A stretch of 64,000 nt of DNA, from the NCBI GenBank assembly GCA_963749235.1, contig CAVVLV010000001.1:1083039-1147038 (forward strand), written 5' to 3'. This DNA is from an uncultured Thermoplasmata archaeon (GTDB lineage Archaea > Thermoplasmatota > Thermoplasmata > Lutacidiplasmatales > UBA184). The notes under the pieces were generated by a model. The model had not been told where the DNA came from and searched no databases. It was given only the letters and a program-made list of their open reading frames with translations. Shown here one piece after another: positions 1 through 9,238 of the stretch. Each line of letters starts with the position of its first letter. Positions within the stretch are counted from its first letter, which is position 1. Made by a program: the position numbers and the translations under genes.

Positions 1-1014
1 CGAGCAGGCGGTGCAGCGGAAGGTGACCCGCTGTCGGCGGAGCCCCTCGGAGATGACGAGGACGTCGACCGCGCCCAGATCGAGCGCCCGGTTCACGTCG
101 ACCTCGCCGTAAGTGGCGAGCCCAGCCTCCGCCTTGCGAACCTCGCCCAAGAGCCGCTGGACGAGGCGCTTCTCCTCCGTCAGCTCGAGCCCGTGCAGCG
201 TCTGGGTCGCCTTCTCGACCAGCTCCTTGAGGCCGTACTCGTCCGTGTAGCCCGTGTCGAAGAGGGGCTGGACGACCTTCTGCTGGAGCTCGTAATGGAG
301 GTAGGCTTCCTTGTAGAAGTACTCCTTCGTCGCCCCCGGACCTCCGAGCAGGATCCCCTTCAGCTGCTCCTTCTTCGGGAGGAAGATCTCCCCGGACATC
401 TCGGCGATCTTGACGAAGAAATCGTGGGCGGCGTGTTCGATGATCCGCTCGAAGCGGTGCTGGGACTGACCGCCCCGCCCGTGCTTGGACGGGACCATCG
501 ACTGGCGGTTGCGCAACGCTTCCGTTCGCTTTCCCCGGAGGAGCCCGATCGTCACCTCGGCCCGGTCCATCACGAGGAGACCCCAGAGGTCCGGCTCATG
601 GACCATCGAGAGGAGCGGCTCCAGAAAGAAGGTCGAATCGCATCGGTACAAGTACGTGTGGAGCGGCTCCGGCGGCTCGACGATGAACGTGACGGGCTCG
701 GACTTGTCCGAGCCGATCGCCTTGCTGCCGACGAAGAAGGCGACGCCGTTGGCGGGCGGCTCCTTGAACCCTCGGACCCGCCCCATCAACGACTCGATCG
801 CCCACATCACGTTCTTCCGGGTCGTCCGGCTCTTGATGTTGGAACTCTGCGCGTACTCGTTCCGGAGGTACCCCATGACGTCGGAGATCTGCTTGCCCGG
901 CGAGACGTAGAGCGAGATCAGCTCGGTCGCGCGACCCCGGCACTGCGCGATCTCGTCCAGCTTCCGCTGGAAGACGTAGCGGAGAAGCTGCGGGTCGGTC
1001 GGTGGGGTGCTCAC
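1..1014 (-). CDS. prf1: peptide chain release factor aRF1 (partial; C-terminus runs off the left edge)
   Basis: My own minus-strand translation from GTG at 1014 gives VSTPPTDPQLLRYVFQRKLDE... It contains the NIKS motif (SSNIKSRTT) and the GGQ motif (HGRGGQSQHRF). It is absent from the ORF track because it is open at the window edge. Confidence 0.9.
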   Translation of the reverse strand, partial: MSTPPTDPQLLRYVFQRKLDEIAQCRGRATELISLYVSPGKQISDVMGYLRNEYAQSSNIKSRTTRKNVMWAIESLMGRVRGFKEPPANGVAFFVGSKAIGSDKSEPVTFIVEPPEPLHTYLYRCDSTFFLEPLLSMVHEPDLWGLLVMDRAEVTIGLLRGKRTEALRNRQSMVPSKHGRGGQSQHRFERIIEHAAHDFFVKIAEMSGEIFLPKKEQLKGILLGGPGATKEYFYKEAYLHYELQQKVVQPLFDTGYTDEYGLKELVEKATQTLHGLELTEEKRLVQRLLGEVRKAEAGLATYGEVDVNRALDLGAVDVLVISEGLRRQRVTFRCTACS

Positions 1015-1109
1015 ACCCCCTCCCGATCCCCCAGGGGGATTACGCTGGCGCCCTCAGTCGGTGGGCCGGCCCGGTCGGAGGCCCGGCGCCCGTCCCTCGG
1101 GCGGGACAG

Positions 1110-1427
1110 TCACAGCAGACGACGGATGTGCTCGTCGATGACCTCTTCGGGGTAGGCCCCGACGATGCGATCGACCAGCTTGCCCTGCTTGTAGAAGAGG
1201 AGCGTGGGAATGCTCATGATGCCGAGTGCGCCGGCCTTCTCGCCGTTGTCGTCGGAGTTCATCTTCCCGAAGGCGACCTTGCCGCGGTACTTCTCGCTCA
1301 GCCGATCCACGATGGGGGACACCATCCGGCACGGGCCGCACCACGGGGCCCAGACATCGATGACGGCCGCCCCGTTATCCTGCGCGAACTTGTCGTAATT
1401 GGGACCTCCCACCTCTTGCACCGCCAT
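1110..1427 (-). CDS. trxA: thioredoxin
   Basis: Lies in ORF 1110..1517. The internal ATG at 1427 gives a 105-aa protein, MAVQEVGG..., with the WCGPC redox motif (VWAPWCGPCRM). Confidence 0.9.
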   Translation of the reverse strand: MAVQEVGGPNYDKFAQDNGAAVIDVWAPWCGPCRMVSPIVDRLSEKYRGKVAFGKMNSDDNGEKAGALGIMSIPTLLFYKQGKLVDRIVGAYPEEVIDEHIRRLL

Positions 1428-1591
1428 TCCGCACCTGTAGGTATCTGGACGCCATTCCGATATTAAATCGTACGCGGAATTACACGCCACCCGGTGGCAT
1501 CGCCGGCCGACGCACACCCTTTGTAGGATGACGCCCCTCCCGTACCTGTTGCGGGGACGCCCCTCCCCGAAGTCATTGCGAGGTCGAAGAA

Positions 1592-2363
1592 ATGGAGTTG
1601 ACTCCCGGAGAATCGGTGCCCTTTGTCGACCGTGGCGCCCGCCGACGATCGCTGATCTCGCCCGCCGCCCGCCGGGGGATCCGGCAGCGGATGCTCCTGT
1701 TCCGCCAGAACGCGCTCGACCGGATCGTCGCGATGACCGGGATCTCGGTCGCCGAGCTGCACGAGTACCGTCGGGAGCTTCGGGCGTCGGAGCTCCCGGA
1801 CCAGCTGCTCGAGCGCGGGGCCGGGGTCGCGTTCACGAGCGAGTTGCCCCAGGGGGCCCTCCTCTATCTGCTCGTCCGCGCCCAGCGGCCGTCCGTCGTG
1901 CTCGAGACCGGGGTCGGTCCTGGCTATTCGACCGCCTGGATCCTCGCCGCGCTCGACGCCAACGGATCCGGCGAGCTGCACGTCGCTGGGTCCGGGTCCG
2001 ACCGCGGGCCGATCCGCCGGCGTTCATGAGGTCGCGATGGGCCAGTTCGTCCCGCCGAACCTGCGCACGCGATGGACCCTCGCTCTCGGCAACACCGAAG
2101 CCCGGCTCCGGGAGATCTTGGGCGGCTTTGGGGAGGTCGACCTGTTCTTCTACGACAACGGTCCCGTCGCCGCCCGGGCCCGCTTCGAGCTCCATGCTGC
2201 CTGGGAGCGGTTGTCGCCCCGGGGGATCCTGCTCGCCCACCACGTGGACACGAACGCCGCGTGGAGCGCCTTCTGCCGGACCCAGGGGGTGCCGGCTCAG
2301 GTGCTGGACGCGGGTCCCCCGCCGATGGGCGCGCTGGCCATGGGCCGGGACCGGACCCCCTAG
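1592..2363 (+). CDS. class I SAM-dependent methyltransferase (Methyltransf_24-like), split by an apparent frameshift
   Basis: ORFs 1592..2029 and 2037..2363 read as two halves of one protein. The first carries the SAM-binding LETGVGPGYSTAWIL; the second carries DLFFYDNGP...GILLAHHV. The frames differ by +1, and the switch lies somewhere in about 1985-2036. Confidence 0.6.
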
Positions 2364-2887
2364 CGCTCGAGCTCTTCCACGAGATGGATCGACGCGGGCA
2401 GGATGAGCTTCTCGACCGCCGTGCGGACCGCGCGCTCGCTCCCCGGGAGGACGAACACCGGCTTCCCGCTGACGAGATAAAGCGCGGCCCGGCTGATGAT
2501 CGCGAGCGGCCCGACCTCCTGGAAGCTTAAGGAACGGTAGATCTCCCCGAACCCCTCGAGCTTCTTCCCTCCCATGACCTCGAGCGCGTTGACCGTGAGG
2601 TCGCGGGAGCTCACGCCGGTCCCGCCGACCGTGACGACCACTTCGAGCGGGATCTCGGCGAGCCACGGCTCGAGGGCGTCCCGCACATCCGCGATCGAGT
2701 TCGCGACCAGGCGGTAATGCCGGACCTCGTGCCCACCCTGGGCAACGAGGTCCCGGGCGAGATGGCCGGACGGGTCGTCGCTCTCGGTGTGGGTGTCGGA
2801 GACCGAGAGGATCCCGAATCCGAGCCGGCGCGTCCCTCCCAGGTGGTGTCGGCTCGCGGCGGTGGGGTTCGCATGCGGTTCGGTCAC
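2360..2887 (-). CDS. moaB: molybdenum cofactor biosynthesis protein B (MoaB/Mog family)
   Basis: Lies in ORF 2360..2995. The GTG at 2887 overlaps the moaC stop (GTGA). MoCF-biosynthesis domain motifs are present: GILSVSDT, VVTVGGTGVSSRD. Confidence 0.85.
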   Translation of the reverse strand: MTEPHANPTAASRHHLGGTRRLGFGILSVSDTHTESDDPSGHLARDLVAQGGHEVRHYRLVANSIADVRDALEPWLAEIPLEVVVTVGGTGVSSRDLTVNALEVMGGKKLEGFGEIYRSLSFQEVGPLAIISRAALYLVSGKPVFVLPGSERAVRTAVEKLILPASIHLVEELER

Positions 2888-3342
2888 GGAACACTCCCCC
2901 CGCCTTTCCTCTTCCGAATGACCCGAACGGGCCCGAGAGAGGTGTGCGGGTAGAGGCCCCGCCCATCCTTCTCGAGGTACTTGACCATGTCCCACACCGT
3001 GAGCAGCGCGATGGTCCCTCCGACGAGCGCCTCCATCTCCACCCCGGTGCGGTCCACCGTTTCGGCCTGGGCGAGCACTCGGACCCCGCGCCGCGACACG
3101 GTCAATTCCACCGCGGCGGACGTCAGCGGGACAGAATGGCAGTGGGGAATGAGTTCCGGCGTACGTTTCATGGCGAGCAGACCGGCGAGCTCTCCGGCCG
3201 CGATCGGATCTCCCTTGGCGACTCGCCCGCGTCGGATCGCGGTGCGGGTGCTCGAGCTCAAGGCCAGTTCCCCGGCCGCGGCGGCGTGCCGCGCGACCCG
3301 GGGCTTACCACCGACATCCGCCTGACGCGCCATGGTGCTCAC
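2884..3342 (-). CDS. moaC: cyclic pyranopterin monophosphate synthase MoaC
   Basis: ORF 2884..3342 shows MoaC signatures (KRTPELIPHCHSVPL, GVEMEALVGGTIALLTVWDM). The start GTG at 3342 overlaps the rfc stop; ATG at 3333 is an alternative start. Confidence 0.9.
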   Translation of the reverse strand: MSTMARQADVGGKPRVARHAAAAGELALSSSTRTAIRRGRVAKGDPIAAGELAGLLAMKRTPELIPHCHSVPLTSAAVELTVSRRGVRVLAQAETVDRTGVEMEALVGGTIALLTVWDMVKYLEKDGRGLYPHTSLGPVRVIRKRKGGGSVP

Positions 3343-4322
3343 TTCGGGGAAGGGGCCCCGGCCGCGATGTGCGCGAGGACCGCTTCCAGCTGGACCCGGT
3401 CCGAGGCCCCCTGCGCCAACCGGAAATCGACCTCGCCGAGGTACTCGACCAGACGGACCTTCTCGCGGGGCGGCAGAACCTGATCGCCGATATCCGGGAG
3501 ATAGCTATGGATTGCCCGTAGGATCTCCTCCCCGGCGGCGCCCCGGTCGGTGAACAGCGCGTACAGCCGGCTCCGAGCCTCCCGGAAGTTCCCCGCGAGC
3601 GCGGCCGCAAGCATTCCCTCCACCTCGCGGCGGAGCGGCATGGTCGCGTGCTCTCGGATCGTCTCCGCCGTCACGTGATCCGCGTGCGTCGCGGTGAGCT
3701 GGAGGAGGTTGATGGCGCGTCGCATGTCCCCGCTGCTGGAAGCCAGGATCGCCTCGTACGCTTCGGGATCGACCTTCTTCCCCTCGGCTTTGGCGATCCG
3801 CTCGAGCTGCTGTCGGATCGCCTCCGGGGTGTACGACCGGAAGCGGAATACCGCGCATCGGGACTGGATGGGGTCGATGATCTTGGACGAGTAGTTGCAG
3901 GAGAGGATGAACCGGCAGGACCCCGAGTACCGCTCCATCAGCCGGCGGAGCGAGGCCTGCGCCTCGGACGTCAGGTTGTCGGCCTCGTCGAGGAACAGGA
4001 GCTTGAACGGGACATCCCCGAGGGGGGAGGTACGGGCATACTGCTTGATCGTGGTGCGTACGGTGTCGATCCCGCGTTCGTCGCTCGCGTTCAACTCGAG
4101 GAAGTTCTGGCGCCAGCTCGAGCCGAAGAGGTCCCGGGCGAGGGCGAGGGCGGCCGTGGTCTTACCGGTCCCGGGCGGACCCGCGAACATCAAGTGCGGC
4201 ATCGACCGCTTCTCCGCGTAGGAGCGGAGGAGGGTCACGATCGACTCCTGGCCGAGCATCTCCGCAAGAGAGGTCGGCCGGTACCGCTCGACCCAGACGG
4301 CCTCGGTCGTTCGCTCCGCCAT
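3339..4322 (-). CDS. rfcS: replication factor C small subunit
   Basis: The ATG at 4322 inside ORF 3339..4883 gives 327 aa, MAERTTEAVWVERYRP... It has Walker A (GPPGTGKT), a DEAD-like box (FLDEADNLT) and the SRC motif (IQSRCAVFRF). Confidence 0.95.
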   Translation of the reverse strand: MAERTTEAVWVERYRPTSLAEMLGQESIVTLLRSYAEKRSMPHLMFAGPPGTGKTTAALALARDLFGSSWRQNFLELNASDERGIDTVRTTIKQYARTSPLGDVPFKLLFLDEADNLTSEAQASLRRLMERYSGSCRFILSCNYSSKIIDPIQSRCAVFRFRSYTPEAIRQQLERIAKAEGKKVDPEAYEAILASSSGDMRRAINLLQLTATHADHVTAETIREHATMPLRREVEGMLAAALAGNFREARSRLYALFTDRGAAGEEILRAIHSYLPDIGDQVLPPREKVRLVEYLGEVDFRLAQGASDRVQLEAVLAHIAAGAPSPK

Positions 4323-4411
4323 CGTCGGTCCCGGTCGCCCTTCCGACAGCGGCTCTTTAGGGTTTCTCGGCGAGGGCCGGCGGACTGCGCCCCCGCCGGG
4401 CCGGCCTCCCC

Positions 4412-4819
4412 TTAGGAGTGAAGTTCGTCCTCTCGATGGCGTTGGAGCGCCTCGGCGAGGACCTTGCCATATTGCCCGAGCGCCTGCCGATGCCCGCCGT
4501 GGTCCTCGTGGGCCACGATGCCGAAGAACCAGCGGAGTTGCCTCAGGGAGGTCGGGAAGACCGAGTGCTCCGACTGGATCCGGGCCGTCAATCCCAGTCC
4601 GTCGGCGACGCCCCCCTCTCGGTCCTCCCGCTCCGGGGCAGCACTCCGCAGGTGTTCCCGCACGCTGATCTCGATCTGGTCGACCGCGAACGCGACATCG
4701 GAGAGCGAATAGTCTTCCATCTGGACCAACCCCTCGCTCACTTGGCCGAACCAGTCGATCCGGTCGTCGAGGCTCGGCGGGGGAGATCGAATGTCCACGT
4801 CTCGACCCGGGCCCTGCAT
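4412..4819 (-). CDS. hypothetical protein (His/Glu-rich, possibly hemerythrin-like metal binding)
   Basis: ORF 4412..4819 has an ATG start and ordinary amino-acid composition. The overlapping + strand ORF 4418..5146 looks like antisense read-through. I recognise no diagnostic motif. Confidence 0.45.
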   Translation of the reverse strand: MQGPGRDVDIRSPPPSLDDRIDWFGQVSEGLVQMEDYSLSDVAFAVDQIEISVREHLRSAAPEREDREGGVADGLGLTARIQSEHSVFPTSLRQLRWFFGIVAHEDHGGHRQALGQYGKVLAEALQRHREDELHS

Positions 4820-5165
4820 GCTCCCAGAAAGGGGAAGTCAACGATAGCGGTTCCGCTTCAGGAGAGGGTCTTCCGGAGGTCACCGAACGTGACCGTTGCC
4901 CGTGCGTCCGGGGGATGCCTCGGGGACCCCTTCGGTCGCTCGATGAACGCCTTTACCCTTCGTGAACCGGTGGAGTATGCGCGCTTGAGCCGAACGAGCT
5001 GCCGGAGCGGAAGCGTCCTCGGTCCCCGACCACCGGAACCGACCGCCCCACCCAAGCTGGCCGAGCCGTTCCTCCCCCGTACGAGCCGGACCGCCACGTC
5101 CCTCGGGATGGGCGTATCCTGCTCGGGGACCGCGAGGCCGAAATAGACCGGTACCATCCCTCCTT

Positions 5166-6054
5166 GTGGCCGGCCCCCCAGCCCCGATCCGGGATGGCTT
5201 TTCGACCGTCCAGGGATACCGCCTCTATTGGAAGAGCGTCGGAGACCCGGGGCCCCGCGGCACCGTTCTGGCTCTCCACGGAGGCCCGGGCATGTCCCAC
5301 GACTACTTGCTGGCACTCAATGACCTCGCCGGGGCGGGCTACCGCGTGGTGTACTACGACCAGCTCGGTTGCGGGCGATCCGACCTGGCGCGGGACCCGG
5401 TCGAGTACTCGGTGGACCGTGATGTCGAGGACCTGGAGCTCGTGCGTCGGAACCTCGGGCTCGCGCGCGTCCACCTCCTGGGGTCCAGCTACGGCGGTCT
5501 CCTCGCCATCGCCTACGCTCTGGCTCATCCCGAGGGGCTGCGCACGCTCATCAGCGCGAGCGGCCTCGCGAGCGTCCCGCTCGCGGTGCGCGAGATGCAG
5601 CGGCTAAGGCGTGAGCTACCCCCGCCGGTTCGGGATATCCTCGCTCGGGGGGAGGCGAAGCAAGAGTACCTCCAATCCCGAGTACCTCGCCGCGGTCATG
5701 GAGTTCTATCGACGTCATGTTTGTCGCCTGAACCCGTGGCCAGCCGAGGTCCAGTACACGTTGGACCACGTCAGTCTCCCGAAGTACGGGCGGATGAACG
5801 GGCCCAACGAGTTCACGATCGTCGGCACGATCCGCGACTGGGACGCCACCCAACGTCTCGGCGAAATCCACGTGCCGACCCTGGTAACCGCAGGACGTTA
5901 TGATGAGGTCACACCGACCGTGGCCCGGTCGATCCACCAGGGGATCCCCCGCTCCGAGTTCCGGCTCTTCGAGGAAAGCTCCCACCTCGCCTTCTGGGAG
6001 GAGCGGACCCGCTACATGGCTACGCTCGTGGACTTCCTCGGGCGGCACCCGTAG
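5166..6054 (+). CDS. pip: proline iminopeptidase (tricorn-interacting factor F1-like), split by a frameshift
   Basis: ORF 5166..5903 supplies the N-terminal half (HGGPGMSHDYL, nucleophile LLGSSYGG). ORF 5611..6054 supplies the C-terminal half (NPEYLAAVMEFY...MNGPNEFTIVGTI...SHLAFWE). It is colinear with the Thermoplasma F1 sequence as I recall it. The frame switch lies at about 5667-5672 (gagtacCtccaat). Confidence 0.85.
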
Positions 6055-6072
6055 GGGACGTGGACCGAGCGT

Positions 6073-7081
6073 TCAGGCGGTCCGCGGCGGGGGCTCGACC
6101 GCTCCCGCCGGGGGAGACGCCTCCCGCGATCGCATCGTGCGGTGGAGTCGGTACAAGAGATAGAGGAACACCGCCGTCACGACGAGGATCCCCGGCACCG
6201 AGAACTCCACGATCACGTCCCAGACCGCCAATACCCCCAACATCCCGGCGGCGAGGTAGAACTTGGTCCACTCTGGCTGGTCGGTGCCCGTGTATCGAAG
6301 CACGATCGCGAGCGCCAGGAGGTCCACGAGCACGGTGACGAGGCCCGCGGCCCACGCCGGCATCACCGGGTGGTTCGAGAGGATCAGGAGGACGGTCCAC
6401 CCATCGAACGGCAAGGAGCCCGCCAGGGCGATGACCCACGGACGTACGCGGGCGGGTCCGGCTCGCGGCGCGAGGAGATCTCGCGGAACCCACCCGGCGA
6501 GTCCGATCAGTACGAGCGAGATCGCGAGGAAGAGCGCGAACGTCGCCGGGGTCGGCCCGTGGCCCACGACCACGGCGAAGAGGACTACGACGAACAGGTA
6601 GACTACCGAGGTGAGGACCACCCCGCCCCGGTCCAACCACCTCCGGTCCCGCACGTCCGGGTAGAACAACCCCACGAGCAGGATCGGCAGGGCGATCGAG
6701 TACGTCAGCGTGAAAGATCGAGAGTCCGAGGGCCCAAAGCCAGTCCACTCCGGCCAGGTGCCCGTACGTCGCGAAGGCGCCCACCGGCTGCCCCGAGGTC
6801 TCGAAGAAGGTGTGGACCGCGAACCCCTCCTCCGCGATCCCGTAGGCCGCTCCGAGCAGGAGGACCGAGGCCCACCCCTTGTGGAAGTACGCGGTGAATT
6901 CGCGGATGAGCAGGGCACCGCCCCCGTAGAGCCCGACGATCCCGGCGAACGCGAAGCCAAAGTAGATCGGGCTGTAGACGAGCTCGGTGATCGGAGTAGA
7001 CCCGGTGAGGAGCTCGGGAATGGAGGGGGCCAAGAGGAGGAGCGCGACGATCGGCCATCGGCTCGGGATCAGGATCCGCAC
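6073..7081 (-). CDS. polytopic membrane protein, split by a frameshift
   Basis: ORF 6020..7081 gives hydrophobic helices over its first ~125 aa. ORF 6073..6960 continues with helices (TLTYSIALPILLVGLFYP...). The junction is at about 6711-6716 (atctttcacg on the coding strand). Confidence 0.6.
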
Positions 7082-7177
7082 GCCTTCTGGTCGCCCGCCC
7101 GTCTACTTGAATCGTTCTCCGAAACCGGCCCCGGTCGGGCTATAACCGACCCGCGTTTCGAGGACTTCGGAGGGGGT

Positions 7178-7972
7178 ATGCGGGAGCGATTGGCCCTGGT
7201 CTCGTTCCGTGGGACGATCCGAGAACGCTCCGTCGAGCCGTACCTCCGCCTGTTCCAAGAGCTAAGGAATCGAGCCCGGTTCCACGGCGTCCTGCTCGAC
7301 ATCTCGAGCGGAGGCGGCGAAGTGATCGCCTCCACAGACCTCTATCTCGCCGTCAAGCGGCTGGACCAGGCGAAGCCCGTCTTCGCCGCGATCGGGTCGA
7401 TTGGGGCGTCGGGCGCTTACATGGCCGCCTTGGGGGCCCGCCGCGTGTTCGCCTACCCCGAGTCGGCGGTGGGCTCGATCGGGGTCATCATGCCCCACAT
7501 CGCAGTCCGGGAGCTGCTCCAGCGGTTGGGGATCGCGGTCGAGCTTCTCCACGTGGGGGAGCACAAGGACGCCTACCAGGGTTACCGTCCGCTGACCGAC
7601 GTGGAGCGGGCGAAGATGCTCGCGGTCGCCCAGGAGGGGTACGACGAGTTCGTCGGCCTGGTGGCGCGGGAGCGGAAGCGCCCGCTCGAGGAGATCCGGG
7701 CGCTGGCCACCGGCGAGGTCTGGACCGGTCGCCAGGCCCTGAAGCTGGGTCTCGTCGATGCTCTCGCCGACCGGGAAGGGGCCGTGGAGGCCCTCGCCCA
7801 GGCGACGGGCGTGCCGGCCCGAAAGGTCGTTCGGGTCGCGCCTCCTCGAGCCTTTTTGGACCGCCTGCTCAACGGGGGCGGCGTCGGGTTCGGCGGCGGC
7901 ATCTCGGGTCGTTTCCACGACGCCGTCGAGGATGCCGTCCTCGACTGGGGCGGCTGGGGCTTCCGCCGCTAG
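7178..7972 (+). CDS. sppA: signal peptide peptidase SppA (S49 family)
   Basis: The ATG at 7178 inside ORF 6710..7972 gives MRERLALVSFRGTI... S49 features are present: GVLLDISSGGGEV, IGSIGASGAYMAALGA, GLVDAL. Confidence 0.8.
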   Translation: MRERLALVSFRGTIRERSVEPYLRLFQELRNRARFHGVLLDISSGGGEVIASTDLYLAVKRLDQAKPVFAAIGSIGASGAYMAALGARRVFAYPESAVGSIGVIMPHIAVRELLQRLGIAVELLHVGEHKDAYQGYRPLTDVERAKMLAVAQEGYDEFVGLVARERKRPLEEIRALATGEVWTGRQALKLGLVDALADREGAVEALAQATGVPARKVVRVAPPRAFLDRLLNGGGVGFGGGISGRFHDAVEDAVLDWGGWGFRR

Positions 7973-8006
7973 GCGAGTCGACGAGGGCCCCCTCGGCCGG
8001 TCGGTG

Positions 8007-8014
8007 ATTATATA
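8007..8014 (+). promoter_or_regulatory. TATA-like box (ATTATATA), 27 nt upstream of the Sec61-beta ATG
   Basis: An AT-rich octamer in otherwise GC-rich DNA. Its spacing fits an archaeal TATA box driving a leaderless start at 8041. Confidence 0.5.
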
Positions 8015-8040
8015 CTTCCAAAGGGCTCGCACGGTCGTCC

Positions 8041-8202
8041 ATGCCCGACAGCAAACGCTCCGGCTTCTCCAGCGCCGCCGGCCTCATCCAGTACTACGAC
8101 ATGGAGGAGACGCGGGCGCTCAAGATCAACCCGTACATCGTGATCAGCTTCGGGATCGCGGCCGCGATCCTGGTCGAAATGTTGAACTGGCGGCTCACGT
8201 AG
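8041..8202 (+). CDS. secG: preprotein translocase subunit Sec61-beta
   Basis: A 53-aa ORF too short for the supplied track: MPDSKRSGFSSAAGLIQYYDMEETRALKINPYIVISFGIAAAILVEMLNWRLT. It has the conserved SSAGLI(R/Q)YYD motif plus a C-terminal TM anchor. The stop is TAG at 8200..8202. Confidence 0.85.
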   Translation: MPDSKRSGFSSAAGLIQYYDMEETRALKINPYIVISFGIAAAILVEMLNWRLT

Positions 8203-9181
8203 CCGCGACGGCAGTAGCCGGCGGCGTCCCCTCGGCGACCGGCGCACGACCCGGAAGGTATCGTCCTTCCGCGTGCAAGCCCAACAGGAAGACCTTCGAT
8301 TCCGGGGATTCGTCGAGGATTCGGTACCCGGTCCGGCGCGCGAGACGCTGGGTGAACTCTCCGATCTCTTCGTGGGTCGGAACGTGGTCCTTTCCGAGCC
8401 GTTGCCGGGAGCGGCCCATGTAGACGTACCCCTTCGGCTCGATGAAATCCGGTCGCGCGAGGAGGTCGAGCTCGGCGTACTCGCCGACCCACCCTAGGTT
8501 CCATCCCTTGACGAGGGTGTGACGGAGGACGCGACGCGTCCGCAGGTCGCGCATGATCGAGAGCGATTCGCGGAGCCGATCGAAGGCATCGTCCTGGGCG
8601 GGCAGCGTGAGACGACGAAAGACCTCGGCGTTCGGGGCGGTGACCGACACGTAGAGCTGGGTCGGCAGGGGGTGCAGCGCCCGCAGGGCATCTGGGTTCG
8701 TCCCATTGGTCACCAGGAAGGTCGTGATGCCCCGCTCGTGGGCGAGCTCCAGGAACCGGTTCATCTTGGGGTAGAGGGTCGGCTCCCCGGTCAACGAGAT
8801 CGCGATGTGGCGGGGGGACTGGGACTGGTCCCATCGTTCGAGGGACACCGAGGGATCGCCCTTGAACCCCGAAAGGATCCGGCGCTGGGCGTCGATCGAG
8901 CGATCCAGGAGGGTTTCCGGGTCGTCGTACTCCGGCATGATCGAGTCGTTCTCCCACCCCTGGTTCCGCCAGCAGAATCGGCAGTGGAGGTTGCACGAAT
9001 CGATCGCCGGCGACATCTGGAGGCATCGGTGGCTTTCGATGCCGTAGAAGCGACCCTTGTAGCAGTCCCGGCCGCGCTCGAGGGATTCCCGGGTCCAGTA
9101 ACAGAGCTTGACCGCGCTGTGCTTTCCGACCAGCTGGTAGCCCTGGCCCGCGAGCTCATTCGAAAGGTCCTGGTCCCCCAT
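8195..9181 (-). CDS. taw1: 4-demethylwyosine synthase (Taw1/TYW1, radical SAM)
   Basis: ORF 8195..9181 has the radical-SAM cluster CNLHCRFCW and the upstream KLCYW...CYK cysteines typical of TYW1, followed by a TIM-barrel core (ISLTGEPTLYP). Confidence 0.85.
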   Translation of the reverse strand: MGDQDLSNELAGQGYQLVGKHSAVKLCYWTRESLERGRDCYKGRFYGIESHRCLQMSPAIDSCNLHCRFCWRNQGWENDSIMPEYDDPETLLDRSIDAQRRILSGFKGDPSVSLERWDQSQSPRHIAISLTGEPTLYPKMNRFLELAHERGITTFLVTNGTNPDALRALHPLPTQLYVSVTAPNAEVFRRLTLPAQDDAFDRLRESLSIMRDLRTRRVLRHTLVKGWNLGWVGEYAELDLLARPDFIEPKGYVYMGRSRQRLGKDHVPTHEEIGEFTQRLARRTGYRILDESPESKVFLLGLHAEGRYLPGRAPVAEGTPPATAVAAT

Positions 9182-9238
9182 CGCCCCGCGGCTCCACCCG
9201 GACTCGGGGCATAAGGCTTTGGAAAACGCCGGTCGGAC

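Noticed and set aside
193-1155. A 320-aa + strand ORF. Many similar long ORFs occur elsewhere (for example 1833..2966 -, 8094..9026 -, 19229..21391 -, 30288..31871 -, 54087..55763 -, 57547..59322 -, 57609..59375 +, 60712..62100 -).
   Set aside because: They are R/P/G/A/E-rich with no recognisable motifs. Each lies antisense to, or out of frame with, a gene that has clear conserved signatures. Such shadow ORFs are expected in GC-rich DNA with few stop codons.
4858-5157. A possible 99-aa minus-strand ORF (MVPVYFGLAVPEQDTPIPRDVAVRLV...TVTFGDLRKTLS) in the gap between the 4412 gene and pip.
   Set aside because: Third-position GC is coding-like, but I see no motif and no plausible promoter. Its start is only 8 nt from the divergent pip start, and the only TATA-like element there fits pip. 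Coding status is left unresolved rather than called.
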